Both the position numbers and the translations under genes were made by a program. This document shows, in pieces, positions 37,111 to 47,180 of a stretch of DNA of 64,000 bases; the first letter of the stretch is position 1, and each line of letters starts with the position of its first letter. The notes under the pieces were generated by a model. That model was not told the origin of the DNA, did no database searches, and saw only the letters and a list, made by a program, of their open reading frames with translations. Origin of the DNA: Takakia lepidozioides (taxonomy: Eukaryota > Plantae > Bryophyta); contig CM060732.1 in NCBI GenBank assembly GCA_030704615.1, positions 22,692,001 to 22,756,000 on the forward strand. Direction: 5' to 3'.

Positions 37111-38944
37111 CAGGGCAACCACCATCGGGGGCTGCTATTTCATGAGCGGCATGAGCATGAGCGGAAAAAAAAAAAAACATGAGCGGACCATTGTGTGTCC
37201 ACGGAAATAGGGTTAGGAGGCACGGAAATAGGGTCATGTGAAGTTGGAATGCAACAAGCCACATCTATACAAGTGTGTCCTAACTGTCATAGCCGGAATG
37301 GGCACTACTCTCCTACACCCTCCGAGGAACTTGCCCCACCTTCCTCCTCATCCCCCTCATCCCCCCACCCTCCGAGCTCTGTGATGCATCAGTTCCACTA
37401 TGCCTCTCAAAAATTCCGTCCTCTCCTTGGGGGACTGTCCACCTCACCTCCTGGGAATCTTCTGCCTCTTCTCCCCCACTTTCCTCAGCAGAATCCAAGA
37501 CAAATCTACGAGCCTGACAGGCTCTAATAGCTGGTGCCTCCTCCCTCATCTTCATTTTCTTGAGGCTTGCCTCGTCTAAAATCTGTTGTACACGACTAGG
37601 TTCGGAAGACTTCCTAATGGACACCGAAGCAAACCGGGCAGCATAAGTAGGAAGGATGTAGTCCCTTTCTGGACTAGGCATGAAATCCCCCCTGGCAAAA
37701 AAAGGCACGTTCCTCCTGCCCATGAACTGCGGTGTAGACGTCCCTCCTGCAGTACTTGGCATCCTGCAGTAAGAACAAATCCACTTTAAGAATGTCAATA
37801 CCAGCAGAAGCAAAAAAAAGTCTTTCAATGAAATAAGAGAGCGAAGGGAGGTGCCTCACGAAATCAGGAGGCAACTTACAATGCGACCACTCACTCGTAA
37901 ACCGGGAGCTCCTCGGCCTCGATCCCAACTTGTACCTCCCCCTGCTCCTTGTCGGATTCTTCCTCATCCTCCGAGGATGCCTCTTCCTCTTTCGGCAAAT
38001 GTTCAGCCGCTGCAAGTTTGGAGTTGTGGAGGTCAGTATCTGGCTCGAAGGCGAAGACATGTTTGTCGGACAATGTCCCTGCCCACATTGAAGCACCTGA
38101 GGGACAAAGCGGGCGGTTAGTAGCATGCGGAATGCAATTGCAATCGGGCCAAGGGACAAACTGTGCACGTGAAGGCTTACCCGTGCCGCATGTGAGGTCA
38201 AGAATCCGCCCTTGGACATCCGAGCACGTCTCCATGAGGGTTTGGATGAAAGCAGGGCTCCGGGTCCGGCTGTACCGCCACGGTTTGCCTGTCTTTGTGT
38301 CCTTCGGCATACTGGAGTGGGGCACATAGTTGTAGAGGACATCGTAGGTAACAGGGTCCACATCGGCATCAACAAGACGACCGTCGTTGCGGAATTTGAA
38401 CGTAGACCCTCTCTTCACAAAACAATATGCCTGAAACACCAATGTCTGCACATCCAACAAAAGAGGGATCAACTCCAGGGTCTAGTACAGATACACCACA
38501 ATATGAAGTGAATGCAATAGATTGATAACTTACTCTCTGGCCCTCTGTTCGCAACCCCTGCGTATTGATGCAGAACCATTTTTTGAGGAGGACCGGGGTG
38601 ACACTTTTTGGTGTCCACCTTGCCACAACATAGTGTGTGGTCTTCCCTCTTGTGGCAAGGATCACAATACATCCACCGTCATCCAGGAGCATCCCCGCCA
38701 GCCCAAACCCGGCTCTCCAGTAGTCCTCAGTAAACCTGTTCAGGTGGGCACACCATCTAGGCCCTCCAGCAGCTCCCCATCTAGAATATCAAGGAGAATC
38801 ATATCGCAGGCTCTCTCCACCCCCCCCCGAGTGCTCTTGCAATCCATGCTCACAGCCGTGAAGAATTCCATCATGGATTCGAAACTAGGGGTGTCTTTAG
38901 GCTCTGTACTGGGAGCCCTCTTCTTGGCTCTCCCCTTCTGCTCC
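37111..38944 (-). mobile_element. Second putative hAT-like element end carrying MTase-like copy 2
   Basis: Begins CAGGGCAACC at 37111, exactly where the integrase diverges from the family A copy at 47541. Subterminal repeats are CATGAGC x4 and CACGGAAATAGGG x2. It is cut at 38945 by an LTR. Confidence 0.55.
37313..38944 (-). pseudogene. Beta-class amino DNA methyltransferase-like gene, copy 2 (5'-truncated, one frameshift)
   Basis: Exons 38944-38534, 38445-38181, 38096-37895 and 37763-37313 (GT-AG). Product: CDMILLDILDG...WNRFTEDYWRAGFG...LKKWFCIN / TLVFQAY...PWRYSRTRSPAFIQTLMETCSDVQGRILDLTCGTG / ASMWAGTLSDKHVFAFEPDTDL, then an acidic tail. There is a 1-bp frameshift near 38742. Confidence 0.72.
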
Positions 38945-40580
38945 TGTCGAGTGGCTTTTACTCACCCATCCCTTTGATATCCGAGGTGGAAACTCCAAGA
39001 TAGAAGAGTTGGATATCTCTAAGCACTCAGCCCGCTCAGAACAATCAGTCATGACCTACAGCTAGTGAATCATGGTTGTGCTTCCTATTTGTATTCCTTC
39101 TTGCCTTCATGTTCTCAATTTACCTTACCGTGTATACTGAAGCATCAGATTGCTTCAGTATCTATCCAATTAATCATGCATTCATTCCACAGCTTCTCTC
39201 GTGTCTCTCTACACAGTATGTTTGTATCGATTCAGTATCGGATTAAGATTAATCATGTATCATGCCTATGCCATGGTGTCCCTAATCTACCCTACTGTAT
39301 AATTTTATAGCTTACATGAATTAAGCGTCAATCAAGTCATCATCTCCTCTTCACTGTTTCCGCTCTCCGTTACGTCTCCTCCTCCCCTCAACAAATCGCC
39401 CTCCTCAAGAAGTGATCCCTTTCCTGTTGCCGCTCTGCCTAATCTACCCGCAAGCTGTTCTAACCACCTAACTAACTAACCGTCACCCCTGAAGTAACAC
39501 GTTCCCTCTGCAGATGTCGTTCCCTGTCAATGATAACTGTTCCCCATGTACTGTGACAGGCTGTGTCAAGCTGTGCCGAGCTGTGACTAGCTGTGTAAAG
39601 CTGTGTCGGGCTGTGACTGGCTGTGCGAAGCTGTGTCGGGCTGTGTCTGGCTGTGATAGACTGTGACAAGCTATGTAAAGCTGTGTCGGGCTGTGTCGGG
39701 CTGTGTAAAGCTGTGTCTGGCTGTGATAGACCGTGACGAGCTGTCCACCCCCCCTAAAGCCTGTGCCTGCCACCCCTAAGGCTCATGTTGGTCTCAGTCT
39801 GCGCAAAAATTAAGGGTACCCCACAGAACCCGTAAAAGCGTCTAAGTCCCAAGCAGCCCTCTAACAATACCCCTCCCCCTCACAAAAAGCCGTGTCCTCA
39901 CGGTTTACTGTTTGGGATCAGCAAACCTTTGTGAGCGAGCACCCTTCTGTCGGTGAGAGTCTCGTGAAGGACTCCGTGTGCGAGCCTGAGTCCTGTCACT
40001 GGCTGATGGAGATGATTGAGAACTACCTGGAAATGTTTGACCCTCATTTGGCTGATAACGAGGTAACCTCTCAGGCATAGGAGATCCCCGTCATTTCTTC
40101 TCTGCCATCTGAAGTGCATAGTCCTCTGCCATGTCAAAAGAGTCCTCTGAAGAAACAGTAGTATCAGAATCCTCATCCCCCCTTAGGTGTTTTAATGGGC
40201 GAACTTTAAGTGGCTTCTCGGGAATCCTGCGTGGCATACAATGTAGGCCCACCATGTCTGAAAGTTTAAACTGGACGACTTGTTGTAAGCGCTTGCAAGC
40301 AAAATTAGTGAACGCCCTGAACTCCTTAGTCGTATAGGTGAGAGGTGTGCCAATGACTTTGGAACAGTGTAAGTATTTCTAGGCTTCATGTCCCTGAAAG
40401 AAAATATCCTCAGGGCCGAATTTCTGTGTTGCCAAATTGTTCCAAGCCGAATTAAACCATGAACGAAGTTGGGAATCCTTCTGCATCATAACTTTTGCAT
40501 CATATAGGTACATATGAGGTGGCACTGAAGGTAAGACCCAATGATCCCCATTGGAATTACTCATAAATCCGGTTCATTGT
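38945..40580 (-). mobile_element. 3' end of a diverged family A gypsy element: 3' LTR (38945-39866), PPT and remnant of the 3' ORF
   Basis: LTR runs TGTTAGAGG...TCGACA on the minus strand, with PPT GAGGGGGAGGGG at about 39870-39881. GDHWVLPSVPPHMYLYD matches ORF 51314-52285. Confidence 0.9.
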
Positions 40581-40581
40581 A

Positions 40582-41190
40582 AGATTGGCTACACTCGGGG
40601 AATCACAACTGATGGCCAAGTTCAAATCAACTTTCCGTTACATTGATGACATATGTTGGCTTAATGCAGGAAATGCTCTAATGTTTCTGAATCCCTCAGC
40701 TGATCGAAGTAGTTCCAACCCATGATGGATTTATCCTTTGAATGTGGTCGAAATTAAGCCTGAAATATTGAGAACCAAATCTGAGTCTCAAGATGAAGGC
40801 CTGGAAGCTTGTTTTATGAACATCCAATTATCAGTTGTGAATGAGGAGACAGGTGAATTCCACTTCCAGAAATATGACAAGAGAAGGGCTCTCCCTTTCT
40901 CATATACCCAATACATTTAGTTCAGGTCAAACCGACCAGTGAACCAATCATACAATGTGGTGATATCTCAGGCTGTACCCATATTATATATTCTAGTACT
41001 ATTCAATCTGCCTGGAAAGAGTGTGGGATTCTGATTGACACCTTAGGAAAAAATGGCTTCAAAACGGACAAGTTGTTACGTATATTACTAAGGCTCCTTG
41101 AAGAAGGAACTTTTCCTGGTGTACACTTCCAGATTGCTGATCTGCTTAACATGCTCAGAGGTAAGCACTATCTTTATCAACCTAAATGAT
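40582..41190 (+). mobile_element. Penelope-like element reverse transcriptase C-terminal fragment
   Basis: TFRYIDD...WIYP...CFMNIQLSV...FQKYDKRRALPF...SNRPVNQSYNVVISQ...LIDTLGKNGF follows the PLE palm/thumb pattern (YDKR, SN.P...Y.V.ISQ, L..NG[YF]). It has stops and a frameshift. Confidence 0.72.
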
Positions 41191-43304
41191 TTCAAAGATT
41201 GATTTCATTTCACTTGTTCTAAATCACCCAGCTTGTCTAAGGGTAGCCTGATAATCATTTACGGGACATCTTCCGAAGGATTGGCCTAGGAGTAGGGAGA
41301 GATTACCCTTTTGGAGAGGAGTATGGTATGCACTCCCTTACGGGGTGAGTGCATACAACACTCACTCCGTAAGGGCCTGCCATACCAGGGGTTGGATGGT
41401 GGGATTCCCTCTCTCTCCCTCTCTCTCCCTCTGAAAACTAGGTTTATGGAATTGTTGTCCCAACTTCCATTTTTGAAAAAATTGAAAAATTGGGTTGCAG
41501 GTGTTAGAGGACTGTCTGGGACTAGGCACTTTTACGGGATCTGTGGGGTACCCTTAATTTTTGCACAGACTGAGACCAACAGGAGCCTTAGGGGTGACAG
41601 CAGCGCACTTTAGGGGGGTTACACAGCCCGTCACAGTCGACACAGCCCGTCACAGCCAACACAGCCCGTCACAGTCGACACCGCCCGTCACAGTCCAACA
41701 CAGCCCGACACAGTCGCACAACCAATCACATCCCGACACAGCCCGTCACAGCCCAACACAGTCGCACAGCCAATCACAGCCCGACACAGCCCGTCACAGC
41801 CCAACACAGTCGCACAGCCAGTCACAGCCCGTCACAGTTTCACACAGCCAGTCACAGCTTGACACAGCTGTCACGACCATAGGGAACGGATAGCAGGACA
41901 GGGAACGACTGTGGGGAACAACATCTGCGAATAGAACATGTTAGTTCACGGATGACGGTTAGTGAGGGAAACGGTTAGAACAACGGGTAGGAAGATAAAG
42001 CCAGGAGCGAGGACTGGAAAAGGATCACTTCTTGGGGAATCACTTGGGGAAGGAGTGGGGGCACTTCGGGGGAAATCAGAACTTGGAAATGAAGCGGAGA
42101 GCGCATCTCTGAGGAGAAAGAGGGAGAGCACGGAGTAGGAGGAGAACGATCTGTTGATACTTGCTGAATGCAAGAAGTAGAGTTGTAATGTAGAGCAGAA
42201 TAGAGATACCATGGCTTCAGCCTGATACTTGATAGATATTAATCTGATACATACTTCATACTCACACTGAGTAGAGAGATCTGAGTGAAGCTGTGGAATG
42301 AATGGATGAGTTGATGGAATCCGATAGATTGCTGAAGCAAACTGATACTTAAATACCAACAGTAAGGTAACTAGCTAACATGAATGCGGGAAGGAAAACA
42401 AATAGGAAACACCCCCATGATACACTAGCTGTAGGTCATGACTGATTGTTCTAAGCGGGCTGAGTGCTTAGAGATTTCCAACTCTTCTATCTTGGAGTTC
42501 CCGCCTCGGATAGCGAAGGGATGGGTGAGTAAAAGCCGCGCGACATTTGGCGACCATACTGGGGAACTGGGTCATGAACAACCAGATGTGACAGGCATCT
42601 GGTGTCGCGCACCTCACTTCGGTAAACTCCCCTTCAAGTCATAGTTACTCGCTTTGATGCGCGCGCCTGACTCCCAACCTGGCCGCCGGGCCAACTTGGA
42701 GCTTCGGCTGCTCACCGGGACATAACGGTCCCCCCTTCGCTTCCCTCTAAAACCCTCCACCTAATTGGGACCAGGAGAATTCCCTTTGGTAGATGGCAGT
42801 CCGGAACAGCTCCCCACTCTTTGGTCGCTTTCCGGCTCGCTCGCTTACTCACTAGTTTTTGGTCACCAACGGGCTTGCACCGTTCTCGGGGTTAATACTC
42901 CCTATATATACTTCTGTAGCTGTCCGCGGGGGTTTCACAACCAGCCATGCCATTTTATGGCGAACCACCACGAAGACCCTCGATTCCCGGTGGTGAGTCG
43001 CGGTGAGTCTTGGCCCGCTCACCACGGCCCTTATGGACCGTGATGAGTCCCAAGACTCCCCACGACTCCCACCACGAGGTCTCTGCCCCCTTGGTGAGTC
43101 CTATGCCACCCCCACTAAGTCCCACTAAGCTACCACCACCCCTTGTGGAGCCACCCCCCACCGCAACCCTGTGTGCGGGGCTGTTAGAGGACTGTCGGGG
43201 ACTTAGACACTTATACGGGATCTGTAGGGTACCCTTAATTTTTGCACAGACTGAGACCAACAGGAGCCTTAGGGGTGACAGCAGCGCACTGTAGAGGGGG
43301 GTTA

Positions 43305-43645
43305 CACAGCCCGTCACAGTAGTCACAGCCGACACAGCCAACACAGCCCGTTACAGTCGTCACAGCAGACACAGCCGACACAGCCCGTCACAGTCGTCAC
43401 AGCCGACACAGCCATCGCAGCCAACACAGCCCGTCACAGTCATCACAGCCGACACAGCCAACACAGCCCGTTACAGTCGTCATAGCAGACACAGCCAACA
43501 CAGCCCGTCACAGCCGACACAGCCCGACACAGCCGACACAGCCACACAGCCAGTCACAGCCGACACAGCCAAACACAGTCGCACAACCAGTCACAGCCCG
43601 TCGCAGTTTCACACAGCCAGTCACAGCTTGACACAGCTGTCACGA
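43305..43645. repeat. CACAGCC-based minisatellite in family A LTRs (also 39550-39740, 41620-41875, 52445-52700)
   Basis: About 10-bp units such as CACAGCCCGT, CACAGCCGA and CACAGTCGT, with variable copy number among the four LTRs. Confidence 0.9.
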
Positions 43646-44144
43646 TCATAGGGAACAGAGAGCAGGACAGGGAACGACTATGGGGAACAATACCTGCGAA
43701 GGGAACATGTTAGTTCACAGACGACGGTTAGTGAGGGAAACGGTTAGAACCACGGGTAGGAAGATAAAGGGAGAAGGGAGATCATTTTAGGGACTTCTGG
43801 GTCATGGAGGAGAGGGGATCGGGCAGAGATTAAGAACGGAAGTGAAGATAGAGAGATGATGAGTAGATGCTTGTTATATGCAAGGCTGTAATGATATTGT
43901 AGAGCAGATTAGAGACACAATGGCTTCGGCCTGATACCTGATAAATCATAATCGGATACTTTTACGATACAATCACACTGTGTAGAGAGATCTGAGTGAA
44001 GCTGTGGAATGAATGGATGAGTTGATAGAATCCAATAGATTGATAAAGCAAACTGATACTTAATTATAAATGGTAAGGTAGCTCACATGAATGCCAAAAG
44101 GGAAACAAATAGGAATCACCCCCATGATACACTAGCTGTAGGTC

Positions 44145-44840
44145 ATGACTGATTGTTCTGCGCGGGCTGAGTACTTAGAGATTTCCAACTCTTCTATCTT
44201 GGAGTTTCCGCCTCGAATAGCGAAGGGATGGGTGAGTAAATTCAGCGCGACATTTGGCGACCATACTGGGGAACTGAGTCATGAACAACTAGATGTGACA
44301 GGCATCTGGTGGGATCATGGTGGTTGGACCATTAAAGAATTTGAAGTGAATCAAATTCCCTGTGGAACGAAGGAAGAAAGATTGTCCAAACAATTCTTTC
44401 AAAGGTTCTTGGAATTGCCAGACGGTTGTAAAGAAAATATTCTTAAGCGAGTGCATGATGCTGATCCGGAATGGGGTCTGGAGAAAGGAGTGATAAAGAT
44501 TTATCAGGTAGCCTGTAGAGGAAGAGCACGTTGGTTACCAACATTGGTTTATGTGATAGCATTGCTATCCATTAAGCGAGTAGAGTTTGAAGGCTGGGAA
44601 GAAAGAAAGGTGAATGTTTATACTCATATGCATGAAGAGCTTGTACTGGTAAAGAATTGGATTCCAAAGGATATTTTGTGGATCAAACTCACACCAAGAA
44701 CAACTTTTCAGACTTGTTTGCCATATGGTTATATGGTAACGGAGACTTCAAGTATAGCCAAGGGTGCATTGAAGCTTGAAAGAAACCCAGGCATATACGA
44801 GAGATATTACAGAAGAGAGTTTTGGTTATTGCCACATTAA
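44145..44840 (+). CDS. Extra upstream ORF (ORF0) of family A, 231 aa, unknown function
   Basis: Open from an ATG inside the LTR through the PBS. The homologous frame is open in element A (42438-42602 plus 59725-60255). Confidence 0.55.
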   Translation: MTDCSARAEYLEISNSSILEFPPRIAKGWVSKFSATFGDHTGELSHEQLDVTGIWWDHGGWTIKEFEVNQIPCGTKEERLSKQFFQRFLELPDGCKENILKRVHDADPEWGLEKGVIKIYQVACRGRARWLPTLVYVIALLSIKRVEFEGWEERKVNVYTHMHEELVLVKNWIPKDILWIKLTPRTTFQTCLPYGYMVTETSSIAKGALKLERNPGIYERYYRREFWLLPH

Positions 44841-44861
44841 AAGAAATGAAAGACATGGGAC

Positions 44862-47059
44862 ATGAGTGATGAAAGAGAAGCTAGACGCCAGAGATATTCA
44901 GCAAAAGAGAAAGCTATCTGAAAGCTAATTATCCATATCTTTGGGAGAGAGGAATAGACATAGGGGAATCATCTGGACCTCTCACACCATTAAGATCAAA
45001 GAGTACATCACCTATACCGGAAGAACTAGAGTTGGATGCCACTCCTTCTGTTTCTTTGCAAGAAAGATTAAGGGAATTGGTACAGGAAGAAGATCAATCA
45101 CGAGGTGAAAGATTTGAGGTACATCCTTGGATAAAAGATTTGACAGAAATCTTTGATAAGAGTTGGCATGGAACACCAAAAGCAGGAACTCCAGTTTCTG
45201 AAGCAGAAGGTGAAGAAGGAGAAGAGGATGTGGCAGAGCCAACGGAGAGTTCAAACTCTCCAACACCATTACAGTTGAGTTACATGAGTGAAGAAGAAAC
45301 CCAAGGGTAGAACTTGGAGGATGAAAACAAAGAGAAGAAATTGGAAGAGGAAGAATATGAAGAAGTAGACCCAACAGCTGAGGTTGAGACTACAACCAGG
45401 ACATCCCAACCCGTTGGACCTGGATCAAGTGGAGCACTTGGATCACACGCCAACGAAGGTGTCGGCTCAGGGGGATCAGGCGGGCTGCCTGGATCTGGCT
45501 CTGGGGGGACTGGGAGTGTGGGAAGTAGTGCAACTGAAGCTGGGAATACTGTGAATATCGTGGGGCCAGAAGCAGGGAGTGCTCAAGGGCCACCACTTCG
45601 TGGAAGATCCACCACAAAAACAACAGGTCCAGAAGGACCAGCACCAGCAAGGGTGCCAGCACCTGTCAGTGGGCAGAAGGAAGGGCCACAGATGGCGTTA
45701 CAACCAACACGGGCAAAACCACCCTTTCCAATATATTCAGGAAAAGGGGATCCCGATGTACACATTAGCCAATTTGAGCACATGTGTATAGTGAACAATG
45801 AGAATGGCGATGATGCCAAGATGAGACTGTTTCCTTGTTCACTTATCAAGAAAGCAAGTGAATGGTATGCAAGATTCCCTGATAATCATTTCCTAACCTG
45901 GAATGGCTTGAATACAACATTTCGAAATAGGTTCAGGACAAGTAAAACTGAGGATGAAGTGTATGGAAGTTTACAACAGCTGAAGCAGAAGAAGCATGAA
46001 ACTGTTGAAGAGTATATGGAGAAGATGGAATTGATGATGAAAAAGCTGGCTGCAGTTCCAGCACCCGGGTTACAGAAGACTTGGTTTGTGAGTGGACTAA
46101 GACCAGAGTTGCAAAAGAAAGTGGATATGTTACCCCATAATACAGTGGAGGAGGCATTTGAAACTGCAAACAGAATTGAGCAATTGGGAATGCTCAGGAG
46201 AGAGAAAAAGGAAGATGAGGACTCTGAGGATGAGTCAGATGAAGAAGAAGAGCAAGAACTAAAAAGAAAGAGTAAGAGAAAGGAGAAGTTGAAGAGGGAT
46301 AACTATGAAAAAAATTTGGAAGAAATCTTGAAGAAGTATGCCACAGAGGCTGCAACACATTGGAGGAAGGGTGTATGGTGTGCAAAGTGCCAGAATGAAG
46401 GCCATACCACCACAGAATGCCACATGAAGGAGAAACACTGTACTATCTGTAAAATGGATAACCATTCTACTGAGAATTGTTACTACAACAGAAGGACAGC
46501 TGCAAGAGAACCTAGGCAAGTAAGGGTGCATCAGGTGCAGCCCCAGCCAAGAAGAAACAATGATCAGGACCACTATGGTAGGTCTGGTGGTTATAACAAT
46601 GGCATGGAAGGGAGAGGTAATTCAAGAGGGAATTACCAAGGAAATTCCAGAGGCAACTATCAGGGTAATCCAAGGGGGAATTACCAGCCCGGGAATCAGG
46701 ATTATAGAAATAATCCAAGAACAGACCAAGGGCGAGGACCCAATGGTGAAGAGCTATGTTACTATTGTAATCAACCAGGACATCGCAAGGCAGCCTGTTC
46801 TTTCTGGATAAGACACCAGAATGAGATGAGAGCTCCTGTGAATGAGGGCCCAGTGGTGGCAGCTCACATGGTTAGGCCATGTGTTGTACCAGAAGTAAGT
46901 ACAATGATAGTAACAAGAAGTAAAGCCAAACTAATACCTCCAATAGAAGAGGAAGAAGATGATAATGGAAGTGGCAATGATATGCCTGAAGATGAAGAGA
47001 CTTGGAAAGATGAGAAGGAACTGCACAAGGAAGTGGCAGATACTATAAGGGAAATGTAG
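44862..47059 (+). pseudogene. gag: gag of element C
   Basis: Retrotrans_gag-like YSGKGDPDVHISQFE...LFPCSL...W...F..RF...LKQ..ETVEEY. Zinc knuckles CAKCQNEGHTTTEC, CTICKMDNHSTENC and CYYCNQPGHRKAAC. Frameshift at about 44910 and a TAG at 45308. Confidence 0.9.
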
Positions 47060-47180
47060 AAGAGTACTGATATTCCTGTGGCAGATTCCTCTGATTCTGA
47101 TGGAGAAGAAGAAGGGAGTGAGGAAGAAAGGAAAAAAGAAGATGCAGACATGCAAAGTAATGAAGAGACTTTAGACAGCT

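Noticed and set aside
41240-41300. Possible hammerhead ribozyme after the PLE RT
   Set aside because: The core would need CTGAnGA and GAAA; only CTGATAA and GAAG are present and the stems are unconvincing.
41620-41875. Regular short repeats resembling a CRISPR array (also 43305-43645 and 47772-48045)
   Set aside because: They are degenerate head-to-tail minisatellites without unique spacers, inside LTR elements of a eukaryote, and no cas genes are present.
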